The position numbers and the translations under genes are program-made. Below, one piece after another: positions 8,665-18,305 of a stretch of DNA of 64,000 nucleotides (its first letter is position 1; every line of letters starts with the position of its first letter). The DNA comes from a virus. Below the pieces are notes generated by a model that saw only the letters and a list, made by a program, of their open reading frames with translations, had not been told where the DNA came from and searched no databases. The stretch lies in the IMG/VR virus record IMGVR_UViG_3300009446_000004. One strand, 5' to 3'.

Positions 8665-8738
8665 ACCCAATTGTATTTACTGCGTAGCGCAGCGTAGTTG
8701 TATGATACATATTATTAAGCGCAGTTAAAGCCAGAAAA

Positions 8739-8972
8739 ATGTTAAATATATTCCAAGAAAGAAAAACAAAATTAGCTAACGGACAAAATGTTAGGGAGGG
8801 TGATTTGGTTCACTACTACAACTCAGACCACAAAAAAGTTGAATCTTTGATTCAACGTAGAAAATTCAAAGCCACTCATCAAGAAACAGGCAAAATATTA
8901 AAAGAGGGAACTTTGTTTTTCTGGAACATTGGATTCAGCATTACTGATTATAAAAGCCTAACCCTATCTTAA
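8739..8972 (+). CDS. small hypothetical protein flanked by 16-bp inverted repeats
   Basis: 77-aa ORF; inverted repeats at 8713-8728 and 8969-8984. Confidence 0.55.
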   Translation: MLNIFQERKTKLANGQNVREGDLVHYYNSDHKKVESLIQRRKFKATHQETGKILKEGTLFFWNIGFSITDYKSLTLS

Positions 8973-9028
8973 TTGCGCTTAATAGCTGACTAAGCGAACC
9001 GCCTCTGACAAACCAAAAGAACAACACA

Positions 9029-9355
9029 ATGATTAACTGTACAAAATGTGGAAACGATACCTGTACAATAGATTGTAAAGAATCTATTGATCAAATCAAC
9101 TCAAGCCAGATGCTAAGAATCAAGGATACGATACAATCTCAAGGAATCCATATCAGTGGATATTGCCTTGAGCGTATGTTCATCGATTGTGGCGATGTGT
9201 ATATGGAATTTACAGACAGGAAAGGCTGGGTAATCTCTGGGGTGCCTTGTGGCATGGATATTGCCTTTCTGTTTGAGATACTTGGAAGGTTCTACAAAAT
9301 AGATGTAATCGTAGGGGGTCCAATTTACGCTGATGTTTTGAGCCTTGAGTTTTGA
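9029..9355 (+). CDS. hypothetical protein
   Basis: 108-aa ORF with an N-terminal CxxC...C. Confidence 0.55.
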   Translation: MINCTKCGNDTCTIDCKESIDQINSSQMLRIKDTIQSQGIHISGYCLERMFIDCGDVYMEFTDRKGWVISGVPCGMDIAFLFEILGRFYKIDVIVGGPIYADVLSLEF

Positions 9356-9396
9356 CATGAATTCTATTCTACTATCAAATTTTAACAATAAAGACC

Positions 9397-10434
9397 ATGA
9401 ACGAACTACAAATGGGTATAGGATCAGAACAGGTGCCTTATTATGAGGACCTTGGCACAATAGCTCCGCTATCCTATTTACACAGGCTAGATCCCAATAG
9501 CAAGGGCCAGCGATGGTACTACAAGGTTGATGACGATACTGCAGAAGTATCCTTTTTCCCCTCAGTGACTACAGTCATAAGCGGAACGACTCCAACGCCA
9601 GAAGCCATCAAAGAGCACTTTATTGCCAAACACGGCAAAGACTACAAAGACGTTTTATCAGAGTCTGCCGACTACGGAACATTTGAACACATGATGGTCC
9701 AGCAGCTCGCTAAGTTTGGGCACAATCATTGGCCTAGTCATTCCATCAAGTACTACAACCAAATGGGACGCGATGAAGCGATTCCGAAGACTTGGAAAAA
9801 AAGATGCCAGAAGGCCATGCTTTCGTTTGCTCAATGGATGAACGATTATAAGGTAAAGATATTAGCCATTGAGATGCCTGTATATTACCGGGGGCTACAA
9901 GGCGGTATAGAAGATCCTGAAGTCTTCTTTGGTGGTTGTATTGATTTTGTGGTTGAAATGACCATGAAGATCAAAGGCGATTGGGGCGAAGTGTACAAAA
10001 GTGGGAATAAAAAAGGGCAACCAAAATTGACCTTCAAAGAGTGCCAGGTGATCGCAATCATAGATTACAAATCCAGAATCAAGAACGGATACTTTAGGGG
10101 CCATATCAAGCAACTAAATATGTACAAGATGGCATGGAACGAAATGTTCCCAACAATGCCAATTGATCATATTTTCAATCTGAGTCCTTCAGATTGGCAG
10201 GCGTCTTCACAACCAAAATTTGCCTATGAATTTACATCTCAGATTGAAAAAAGGGACGGGGCCGATAAGATCACCAAAGATGAAATTTTGTACTCAGCTA
10301 GATTGTTTCATAGCCACAATGAGCCAAAGAAAACAGATACCTACATTCACGACGAAATCAGCTTAACAAACCATGCCGATGCCTGGGAGTTTCAAGACAC
10401 AGTGCAACTGCTAAAAACCAGAACCAGAATATGA
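9397..10434 (+). CDS. PD-(D/E)XK exonuclease (phage recombination nuclease)
   Basis: FPSVTTVI, GTFEH, ILAIEMPV, GGCIDF...IIDYKS and QLNMYKMA motifs. Confidence 0.8.
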   Translation: MNELQMGIGSEQVPYYEDLGTIAPLSYLHRLDPNSKGQRWYYKVDDDTAEVSFFPSVTTVISGTTPTPEAIKEHFIAKHGKDYKDVLSESADYGTFEHMMVQQLAKFGHNHWPSHSIKYYNQMGRDEAIPKTWKKRCQKAMLSFAQWMNDYKVKILAIEMPVYYRGLQGGIEDPEVFFGGCIDFVVEMTMKIKGDWGEVYKSGNKKGQPKLTFKECQVIAIIDYKSRIKNGYFRGHIKQLNMYKMAWNEMFPTMPIDHIFNLSPSDWQASSQPKFAYEFTSQIEKRDGADKITKDEILYSARLFHSHNEPKKTDTYIHDEISLTNHADAWEFQDTVQLLKTRTRI

Positions 10435-10805
10435 AAAAGATAGTTTTTAATCACGTAGTGGAATACAATAATGAGCCCTATTGTCTTGATTTTATCTTGA
10501 CAATCATAGATGACCAACCATTGATTGATGTGTTGAAAGTGCACCTTTATGATATTGATATGACATTGAGCTGGGATGATTATCTAGGTAGGCTTTACTC
10601 CGAATGCATAACAGAAGATGAGAAGATATTCCAGGAAATGGTTGCCGCTGGTTATGATGGCGAAGATGTGGAGGACGAATATGATATAGACGAAAACGAA
10701 AGGGACCTCTTAGGGTATCCAGAAAACACGTACCATCTTTGTCAGATCAAGCGACAACCAAAACCATTGATTGATTTTAAGACACAAAACCCTAATTTAA
10801 ACTAG
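10431..10805 (+). CDS. acidic hypothetical protein
   Basis: ATGA-coupled ORF. Confidence 0.55.
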   Translation: MKKIVFNHVVEYNNEPYCLDFILTIIDDQPLIDVLKVHLYDIDMTLSWDDYLGRLYSECITEDEKIFQEMVAAGYDGEDVEDEYDIDENERDLLGYPENTYHLCQIKRQPKPLIDFKTQNPNLN

Positions 10806-10807
10806 CC

Positions 10808-11176
10808 ATGAATACTAAATTAGAAATCACAGAAACCATCAATTTAACTCTACCAGGAGTTGACTTGGTTTTAGATATCACCTTTGATTTTTGTACTGAT
10901 CGTGATGGCGATTCAGTCAAAATAATATCCGCGACAGATTACTACACAGGAAAGGTCGTAATCCTTCAAGATTTGAATTTGATTAAGGAACTTATCAGAA
11001 AGGATTTTGTAGTAATGCAGCAATTATTTGACGCTGGAAGATCCTCGAAGGTAGATATATACGCCTCAATAATAAGCCAGCTAGGATCAACGTGTTGGCC
11101 GGAGGGACTATTGGATTTACTTGTAACAAATAAGCAAATAATCGACATTGAAAAACAGATCATAAATCTCAACTAG
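10808..11176 (+). CDS. hypothetical protein
   Basis: 122-aa ORF, tightly packed. Confidence 0.55.
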   Translation: MNTKLEITETINLTLPGVDLVLDITFDFCTDRDGDSVKIISATDYYTGKVVILQDLNLIKELIRKDFVVMQQLFDAGRSSKVDIYASIISQLGSTCWPEGLLDLLVTNKQIIDIEKQIINLN

Positions 11177-11177
11177 A

Positions 11178-11387
11178 ATGAGCACACCACCACCGGAGTT
11201 TGATGTACTAGATGTCAAACTAAACATCAAGACAATCGGATTAATCAAAGCGGCGCTAATGAAAAGATTGGCCCGTAATGATTTGACGAAAAAAGAAAGG
11301 GCTGAGACGGTCAAAGGATTAGCAATCTTTAATTCAAATACCAGAGATGCAGCAAAAGAACAAGCAAGCGCCAAAAACAAGCTTTAA
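11178..11387 (+). CDS. hypothetical protein
   Basis: 69-aa ORF, tightly packed. Confidence 0.5.
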   Translation: MSTPPPEFDVLDVKLNIKTIGLIKAALMKRLARNDLTKKERAETVKGLAIFNSNTRDAAKEQASAKNKL

Positions 11388-11886
11388 AATAACACAGGTG
11401 GATGCTTCAATTGTTGTGAGGCATACGCTATCCAGAGGATTCCCAGGTCAGCAATATATTGATTACCAAAACAGGCTATTTGCTCAGATTGCTCAAGATC
11501 ACAAAAAGAGCTTTGGTAATGATTTTGTGTACTTGACAAATACCTTTGAAGTTGTGAGCATGGTAATCAGCAGGGAGATACAAAAGTATTTCTTTTCAAC
11601 CGTGGCAAGGTTTATCAAAGACAGGTACAAAGATGCTGGAGTATTTGTGTCTTTGGACCAAGTTATTCAAGATATGAAAGCTGCTTGGTTTTTTAGGGAG
11701 TCGGTTAATCTGTTTACCAACCAAGTAGAGCGCATACCGCTATCGTTCAAAGAGTCAGCCAATGAGATGACGTTTGAAATATTTTGGGAGAAATTCGACT
11801 TGATCAATATCTGGTGTATCGAATCTTTTCACGGAAAGCCTGGGCTTGGCATTCCGCTACCGGACAAGCGATGGGCAAAAAGGTGA
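11347..11886 (+). CDS. NinB/YbcN-like recombination-associated protein (tentative)
   Basis: QKYFFSTV...S...FEIFWEK...IPLP pattern; start codon uncertain. Confidence 0.4.
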   Translation: MQQKNKQAPKTSFKITQVDASIVVRHTLSRGFPGQQYIDYQNRLFAQIAQDHKKSFGNDFVYLTNTFEVVSMVISREIQKYFFSTVARFIKDRYKDAGVFVSLDQVIQDMKAAWFFRESVNLFTNQVERIPLSFKESANEMTFEIFWEKFDLINIWCIESFHGKPGLGIPLPDKRWAKR

Positions 11887-11946
11887 TACGTTTGTTTTGC
11901 ATTTCAGTATATTTAAAGTAAATTTACCCAAATCTAAAAAACTAAC

Positions 11947-12576
11947 ATGAGACAAAAATTCAAACAAGGTGATACGATAGAAGCCCTTAAAAAGGCTTTT
12001 GAAGAGGCCGCCACCCCTATTGTCAAAACCTGTATAGGCATTTTGATCAAGATCAAAAACGGTGAAACAATTGGCAGTTCAGGAACAGAGGATGTATCAG
12101 GATACAAGGTATTCACCAGGTATCAAAAATTTGGGCTAGATGGTATCAAGGATTTGCCTGTTACTTGGATCCCGCTTGATCAGAGATTTGATCCTAAACA
12201 TACCGTGAGCTTCTTTTTGAATCTTGAGCAAAAAGAAAAAGACCTCTTCAAGAAGTTGAAGATTCGCGCTCTTAGAATGGTCAGACAGGGCGCCAGCTGG
12301 GAAGAAATTAATGATACTATCAATGGCGCGTTTTCGGCTAGATACGTTTACGATCGGTACATGGCTTCAGGATTGGATGCGGTATTGAATCCAGTCAGAA
12401 AAAAAGTCACCAGAAACAAGTTAAGCGATCAGCAAGAGAAAAGCCTGGCTGATAAGTTTGGCAAGCAAACACAAAGGGCGTCTATTGTTAGGGACTACAT
12501 TATGAGTGAATACAAAATTCAATATTCAGATACTGGAGTTAGAGCCTTGATGAGACGCTTGAAGATTCAATTCTAA
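11947..12576 (+). CDS. HTH protein resembling the IS630 transposase DNA-binding region, no DDE domain
   Basis: RALRMVRQGASWEEI...YDRYMASGLDAV...KLSDQQEK...YKIQYSDTGVRALMRRL. Confidence 0.55.
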   Translation: MRQKFKQGDTIEALKKAFEEAATPIVKTCIGILIKIKNGETIGSSGTEDVSGYKVFTRYQKFGLDGIKDLPVTWIPLDQRFDPKHTVSFFLNLEQKEKDLFKKLKIRALRMVRQGASWEEINDTINGAFSARYVYDRYMASGLDAVLNPVRKKVTRNKLSDQQEKSLADKFGKQTQRASIVRDYIMSEYKIQYSDTGVRALMRRLKIQF

Positions 12577-13199
12577 TGGCAGTCTTTAACACCGCTAACC
12601 GATTTGATCCAGCCGATGCAAAATGGGTACGCAAAGCATCAATGGAACGTCCTGTGATATGCTGTGATACTGAAACTACGTGCTTTAACAGAAGGAGTGG
12701 AAAGGTGATTCAATTGGCCGTGTTGAAGTGGTTCTCAAGCGATAAACCCATTTATTCAGGTGCTACATACTTGAACAATCAAGGTGTCCCAATATCTGAA
12801 GGCGCCAAGAAAGTACACGGTATTGATTGCAGCATGATCAATGAAGCGAAAACGTTTGATCAGATAGCAGAGAGATTGTTTCGGTTTCTTAATGGATGTA
12901 TCATTACTGGTTGGAACGTAAAGGCTTTTGACGTCCCATTTCTTCAGTCAGAGTTTGACAGGATAGGGGTGAAGTGGGAACCGAAATTGATATTTGATGG
13001 ATTACTTTTTGAGCGCAAAAAGAACAAAGGCAAGTTGATCCAAGGGCAGAAGATTTGTAATAAGCTTGGATCTACTTACAAGCGGTACACAGGTAACGAA
13101 ATAGAAAACGCTCACGACGCTAAAGCAGATACGGAAGCGACCTGGGAGATCATTAGTAAATACCAACTAAAACTAAAAATCCCGACCAGCGAGAACTGA
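12576..13199 (+). CDS. DEDDh 3'-5' exonuclease (DnaQ / Pol III epsilon-like)
   Basis: CCDTETT, VHGI, GWNVKAFDVPFL and NAHDAKADT (ExoI-III motifs). Confidence 0.9.
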   Translation: MAVFNTANRFDPADAKWVRKASMERPVICCDTETTCFNRRSGKVIQLAVLKWFSSDKPIYSGATYLNNQGVPISEGAKKVHGIDCSMINEAKTFDQIAERLFRFLNGCIITGWNVKAFDVPFLQSEFDRIGVKWEPKLIFDGLLFERKKNKGKLIQGQKICNKLGSTYKRYTGNEIENAHDAKADTEATWEIISKYQLKLKIPTSEN

Positions 13200-13338
13200 T
13201 CGGGATGCAATTTCAAGAAATGAGATAGATAACACCACTGAAACCTATCAACCAGAATCAACCAGAATCAACCAAAAAACTAGCAGGACAAAAGTAGTGA
13301 AATAGTTTGGATTTGAGAAATGTTTGTATCTTAGGGGC

Positions 13339-13507
13339 ACAACGCAATCAATCTAAGCGAACATTTACTTGCTTTTATCAATAGAATAAACTCTCCAAAG
13401 GACCCCATCATAAGGGTTCTACCAAGTAGGTAAAGCTGAATTGATTGCGTTGTAACTTTCAATCCTATATCCCTTGGGGTCCTTGTTTTTCTCCCTGCTG
13501 GTATAGG
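13339..13507 (+). promoter_or_regulatory. structured leader RNA upstream of the initiator genes
   Basis: Perfect 14-bp inverted repeat (13339-13352 / 13440-13453), internal hairpins, and 10-nt complementarity between 13398-13407 and 13475-13484. Confidence 0.55.
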
Positions 13508-13531
13508 TTAACTTATCAAAGTTCAACTATT

Positions 13532-13981
13532 ATGAAGCCAGTAAATCAGGTCGTTCAAGACCTATACAACATCAACATAACAGGAGTTGCGATACCTCGA
13601 TCGTGGAGGCTGCACATACGCAAGATCACAAATCGATCCAACAAACCGTACGAACAAGCCATTAACATACTATCACACGTATGCTTTCAGTACGAAGGTA
13701 TTGAAAGCCGTGATTATTCTGGTGCACCTATCCTGTGTCAAAAGTTTGATGGAGACGCTTATGCTATGAGCTATAGGGAAATAGAGTCCACCCTTGAATA
13801 CTCTGCTGATGTAGCAAGAGAGGCAATCAAATACCTAGTCAAATCAGGTCTGTTAGTCCAAGAGATCATAGATGTTGTGGTGCTCAAAAATGGAACAAAG
13901 TTATCCAATGTGATGTACCTGATTCCGGTGCCTAGCGAGATTCAAAAAATAACTTACTTCCCTTCAAAACTACACCTGTGA
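13532..13981 (+). CDS. replication initiator N-terminal-domain paralog (stand-alone)
   Basis: Aligns by eye along its length with the N-terminus of 13978-15306; likely start ATG 13532. Confidence 0.7.
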   Translation: MKPVNQVVQDLYNINITGVAIPRSWRLHIRKITNRSNKPYEQAINILSHVCFQYEGIESRDYSGAPILCQKFDGDAYAMSYREIESTLEYSADVAREAIKYLVKSGLLVQEIIDVVVLKNGTKLSNVMYLIPVPSEIQKITYFPSKLHL

Positions 13982-15306
13982 AGAAAGCTAATCAGATCGT
14001 CCAAGACCTAAGCGAGCTAAATTTTGCTGGTAATATTACCCCAGCATCTTGGTGGCGCCACATACTAAAGGTCAACAACAAAGTCAACCAGCCTTGGGAT
14101 AGAGCAATTAATATATTGGCAGAGATATGCTATCAATATCGTGGTGTATTGCTTCCTGATTCTGCTGGAAGCTCTTGCCTGTACCAGAAGTTCAACGGTG
14201 ATGCTTATTCAATGAGCTACCGACAATTAAAGAACCGATTTGGGTATAGCAAAGATGTCGCGAGACCTGCTATTGATTACCTACACGATTCCAAATTAAT
14301 AATCAAACACATTGAGGATTGCGTAACACTGCCAAACGGTAGAAAGCTATACAATGTGATGTACCTAATTCCAATTCCCGCCAATATAGCCAAGATCACC
14401 TATAATACATGGGAAAACGATAGTACGGAGGAGGATAAAGACAATGACTATCTAAACACAGGGGGTAGCAGTCTATTGCCATCTACCCCTAGCGGTCTAT
14501 TGCCATCTACCCCTAGCGGGCTATTGCCTACTACAAATACAGAGATTACTATTACAGAGAAAGAGATAGATAGAAAGGGAGAAATTTTAAATGATCATTT
14601 AAAAACTTGTTTCCAATCAAGCCCCGAAAACGAAGAAGGCGCCACAAATGATGAAAATCTATATATAGAGGGAAATGAAATGTCTCCTAGTGAGAGGCTA
14701 CTGGCCTACTATTCCGAGAAAGGGCTGATGCAGATCCCGAAACGAAAGCGAGACGATAACGCTAGGGCTATGTTTCACGCACTGGCAAGGAAAGGCCCAA
14801 AGTACAAAGGGAGCAAAGGCGTAACAGGCGCAAAGACGTTGTTGAGGCTCTACGGTGAGCAATGGGACTTGGCAGGTGAAAAAGATGGAATGACAAACCT
14901 AAGATCATTAAGCCAAATGCTAGGCGGCTATGTAGGCGCTGTAATGGCCTCAGAGGAGCGCAAAGGCGAAATCAAGGTAAAACCACATTGGAAGGCCGAA
15001 ATGCTCCCAGCGGACGCAGGACAGGCACAGACGGAGCTTTTAGATCACTTCAAGGCAAACCCAAAAGAGCTAGATAATTTAATCAGAGGCTTTGAGTGGG
15101 TCAATTGGGAATCAATGGTGGAGGACTTCGTGCTGCATTATTGGGTAACAGCGGACAAACCGATACTAAACTTGGAAAAGGCAAAAGCCAAGCTTAGGGC
15201 TACATGGATCAAGCGAGCGAGGCGCGAAGACCAGGAGGAGGAAGAGCCACGGAAAAAATTAAGAAACCAAGGAGGCGGATCAGTGTACGATCGCTATAAA
15301 ACTTAG
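13978..15306 (+). CDS. phage replication initiator protein
   Basis: N-terminal wHTH-type domain (GNITPASWW...SYRQLKNRFGYSK), an internal repeat linker followed by TEITITEKE, and a position within the replication block. Confidence 0.7.
   Translation: MKKANQIVQDLSELNFAGNITPASWWRHILKVNNKVNQPWDRAINILAEICYQYRGVLLPDSAGSSCLYQKFNGDAYSMSYRQLKNRFGYSKDVARPAIDYLHDSKLIIKHIEDCVTLPNGRKLYNVMYLIPIPANIAKITYNTWENDSTEEDKDNDYLNTGGSSLLPSTPSGLLPSTPSGLLPTTNTEITITEKEIDRKGEILNDHLKTCFQSSPENEEGATNDENLYIEGNEMSPSERLLAYYSEKGLMQIPKRKRDDNARAMFHALARKGPKYKGSKGVTGAKTLLRLYGEQWDLAGEKDGMTNLRSLSQMLGGYVGAVMASEERKGEIKVKPHWKAEMLPADAGQAQTELLDHFKANPKELDNLIRGFEWVNWESMVEDFVLHYWVTADKPILNLEKAKAKLRATWIKRARREDQEEEEPRKKLRNQGGGSVYDRYKT
14460..14534 (+). 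repeat. 24-bp iterons, probable replication origin inside the initiator gene
   Basis: CTATTGCCATCTACCCCTAGCGG(T/G) at 14473 and 14497, a partial third copy at 14521, and an inverted half-site GGGGTAG just upstream. Confidence 0.7.
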
Positions 15307-15556
15307 TAAGGAAAATATGGTAAGTTTTTAATTACGCATTTGATGATAAATGTTTAGGAGCCTTAGGGATAGTTAAATTAATTGCATGAAAGTTATTACT
15401 CTACTACTACTGATGTGTTATTTGGCCATGCTATGCCTAGTGTGTTTATTTGGGTTTTATAGCCTAGCCCTTCAATCTCTTGCAATCTTGTTGGTCGTGA
15501 CAATTCTGACATATATCGCGCTAAAAAGTACGAAATCAAAAAAAACAATAAAACCC

Positions 15557-16021
15557 ATGCCAATAGATTACAGCAAATACCCGCCGAACTGGAAACAGAT
15601 CAGAGTGCGAATACTGGAACGTGACGGTCAAAAGTGCAAATTTTGTAATGTGCCGAACCATGAAGTAATATTTAGAGGCCACTTAATTGATGAGCCACTT
15701 GATATTGAAATCTACCAAGACGATCAAGGCAAGGTTTACGATGCAAGTAATAGCAAATACCTATTTGAAAACTTATTTGCACCAATTGCTCCACTTTCAG
15801 GCGACCCGAATCAACAGGCTATCAAGGTTGTGCTAACCATTGCGCACTTAGACCACGACGAATGGAACCACGACGTTCAGGACGACCGTTTGGCGGCATT
15901 ATGCCAGCGGTGCCACTTGAGATATGACGCGCCTGAGAAAGCACGTAGACGGGCTATGAAGAAATACAAAGTATCATTATTCCCAATGCCTAACGAATCA
16001 ATCACATTTAAAACGAACTAA
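15557..16021 (+). CDS. HNH endonuclease
   Basis: MPIDYSKYPPNW...RDGQKCKFC...LTIAHLDHD...N...LCQRCHLRYD; likely start ATG 15557. Confidence 0.85.
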   Translation: MPIDYSKYPPNWKQIRVRILERDGQKCKFCNVPNHEVIFRGHLIDEPLDIEIYQDDQGKVYDASNSKYLFENLFAPIAPLSGDPNQQAIKVVLTIAHLDHDEWNHDVQDDRLAALCQRCHLRYDAPEKARRRAMKKYKVSLFPMPNESITFKTN

Positions 16022-16022
16022 G

Positions 16023-16523
16023 ATGAAACAATCAGAACAAACTACAGTAAACGAACTAGCCGAATTGGTTCGATCATTGCGAAGCGAGAACGCGCAGTTC
16101 CAATCCGACGTAACAAGCCAAGTCGAGGCAATCAAAGAGAAGACCGACAAGAAGCACTTGCCCGTCACACTTGAGCAAGACATTCTCATGGTAGCGCAAC
16201 AATCCATTCAGGAAGCTATTGGAAAATCACTTAGCAATTATGATTCCCCGATTGCACTGCTTGTTAAAGAGGTGGTAGGCGAGCACAAGGACGAACTCAA
16301 GGGGATTATCAACACAGCATTTGCTGAGGCAATCCGAACTGAAAACTTCAAGGCATCGATTGTCTCAGCGTTCAGCCATAAGGTTGCCAGAACGATCATA
16401 TTGAACAATGATAGCCTACTTGATAAGGTGTCTAACGAACTGAAGCAAGACAAGGTATTCAAGTCCCGAGCGACAGTGGCGGTCGCAAATGTTGTCGAGT
16501 CGTGTTTAAAAGATTCTAAGTAA
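16023..16523 (+). CDS. helical hypothetical protein
   Basis: 166-aa ORF. Confidence 0.6.
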   Translation: MKQSEQTTVNELAELVRSLRSENAQFQSDVTSQVEAIKEKTDKKHLPVTLEQDILMVAQQSIQEAIGKSLSNYDSPIALLVKEVVGEHKDELKGIINTAFAEAIRTENFKASIVSAFSHKVARTIILNNDSLLDKVSNELKQDKVFKSRATVAVANVVESCLKDSK

Positions 16524-16601
16524 TAAAACCAAGCCAACCAACCCGCCACGAAACGGCGAAACAATCACATTTCAAACTTCCTAACAAGCACATAAAAAAA
16601 G

Positions 16602-17705
16602 ATGAAACTAACAATACACTCAGGCACCCTTCTAAGCAACCTGCAAATTGCAGCCGCTGCGATAAGCAGTAACACAATCATTCCAATTCTCCAAAACTTC
16701 CTTTTCACCGTAAAGGGGGATGAATTAGAAATCAGAACTTCCGATTTGGAAACAATGATTTTGGTAAACATTCATGTCACAGCAGAAACAGACGGAAGCT
16801 ACGCGGTGCCTTCTAAAATCCTAATTGACTTTTTGAAAACACTGAGGGACGAGCCCATCACCATTGAGGTTTTGGAGAATGGGCAAATGGAGATCAAAGG
16901 AGGGGGGAGAGGTAAGTATAAATTCATGACCGAATCAGCAGAAGAATTCCCAGCAAAAGAAGATGTTCCGGAAACAAAAACAAAGATCCCAGGAGAACAG
17001 CTTTTGCAAATGATCAAATGGGGAGAATCAGCGGTCAGCAATGACGAGCTAAGGCCTCAGATGACGGGGTATTATTTTGACTTTCATTCCAACAGTTTGA
17101 ATTTAGTTTCAACCGACGCTCACACATTGGTTCAATCAGTAGTTAAAGGCAATGACTTGGATGCTAATTTCATAGTTCCTCAAAAGGCTATGAACTTCCT
17201 AAAAAACACTATTGAAAACGATTTAAAATCTGAGGTTGAAATCAGCTGGGGCGAAAAAAGAGTTTTCTTCAAATGCGGTGAAGTCTCAATTGATTCACGT
17301 TTGATCGTTGGGACTTATCCAGATTACAACACAGTGATCCCGTCGAACAATCCTAACACTTTACACGTGGATACTGAAGATCTAATTGCTGCGATAAAAA
17401 GGGTAATGCTGTTCGCCTCCAAATCCACCTTTCAGATCATTCTCAATATTGCAGCAGAGAAGATTTCCCTTTTAGCACAGGATTTGGATTACTCAAATGA
17501 GGCTCAGGAAGAAATGGCTTGCGAATACGAGGGTGAAGAAATTCAAATTGCATTCAATGCTAAGTATCTAATGGCCTGTTTTAAAGCACTTGGAACCACT
17601 CAGGCCAGAATCACCATGTCCCATCCTGCTAGAGCTGCTTTGATTTTTCCTGTAGATGGGGGAGATGTGAAGTTTTTGATAATGCCTTTAATGATAAATG
17701 TTTAG
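16602..17705 (+). CDS. dnaN: DNA polymerase III beta sliding clamp
   Basis: 367 aa. IPILQNF, SDLE, EEFP, RPQMTG, VSTDAHTL, SRLIVGTYPDY, IAFNAKYL and terminal FLIMPL motifs. Confidence 0.95.
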   Translation: MKLTIHSGTLLSNLQIAAAAISSNTIIPILQNFLFTVKGDELEIRTSDLETMILVNIHVTAETDGSYAVPSKILIDFLKTLRDEPITIEVLENGQMEIKGGGRGKYKFMTESAEEFPAKEDVPETKTKIPGEQLLQMIKWGESAVSNDELRPQMTGYYFDFHSNSLNLVSTDAHTLVQSVVKGNDLDANFIVPQKAMNFLKNTIENDLKSEVEISWGEKRVFFKCGEVSIDSRLIVGTYPDYNTVIPSNNPNTLHVDTEDLIAAIKRVMLFASKSTFQIILNIAAEKISLLAQDLDYSNEAQEEMACEYEGEEIQIAFNAKYLMACFKALGTTQARITMSHPARAALIFPVDGGDVKFLIMPLMINV

Positions 17706-17835
17706 AGAGATGAGAAAGCTAAGAACATTATGGAAAGATATCAAAACGAATAGACAATAGGCTGTTAGCAGCCGCAAAATATGGACAGCACATGGCCAAG
17801 CAAATTAGAGAAGCGGCCAAAAATAAAACACCACA

Positions 17836-18282
17836 ATGAATCATAAAACGGTAGAAGTAAACAAAGACCTGTTAGACATCACAGCAGTATCAGCAGTTGA
17901 TAGAATGAAATATTGGAACGACTTCAGAAGTGATAGACCACTAAAAGACCTATCCAGAGAAGATCTTGAAAGGGTATTTAAGGAGCTCGCACAGAAGGGC
18001 AGGGAGGATGCAGAGAATCAAATCAGAGAGATAGCAAGACTTGGCGGTCGTGACTTCAGAAAAAAGATATACGACAAACCGTTTCCCTGTTATGTGGATG
18101 ACCACCGGATACCAAACCATACATACCCATCATTGGCAGAAATAGATGATAAGGTAAATGAGCTTATCGATGAGGGCAGACTTTGGGCGGCTACTGCTGT
18201 AATGAGTCAAGCGAAACAGATTAAAAACGGAGTAGAAAAACACAAACCAAGTATCGTATACTTACTAAAAAACGACTTTTAA
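17836..18282 (+). CDS. hypothetical protein
   Basis: 148-aa ORF with an ACACCAC leader. Confidence 0.6.
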   Translation: MNHKTVEVNKDLLDITAVSAVDRMKYWNDFRSDRPLKDLSREDLERVFKELAQKGREDAENQIREIARLGGRDFRKKIYDKPFPCYVDDHRIPNHTYPSLAEIDDKVNELIDEGRLWAATAVMSQAKQIKNGVEKHKPSIVYLLKNDF

Positions 18283-18305
18283 AAAAACACCACAAAACAA
18301 ACATC

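Noticed and set aside
13248-13275. TCAACCAGAA tandem repeat (about 2.5 copies) in an intergenic gap
   Set aside because: Simple slippage-type repeat with no spacers or other context.
15386-15556. Hydrophobic N-terminal extension on the HNH ORF suggesting a membrane-bound nuclease
   Set aside because: The family-typical start MPIDYSKYPPNW has its own A-rich leader at 15557. The extension may be a separate small gene or untranslated; evidence is insufficient.
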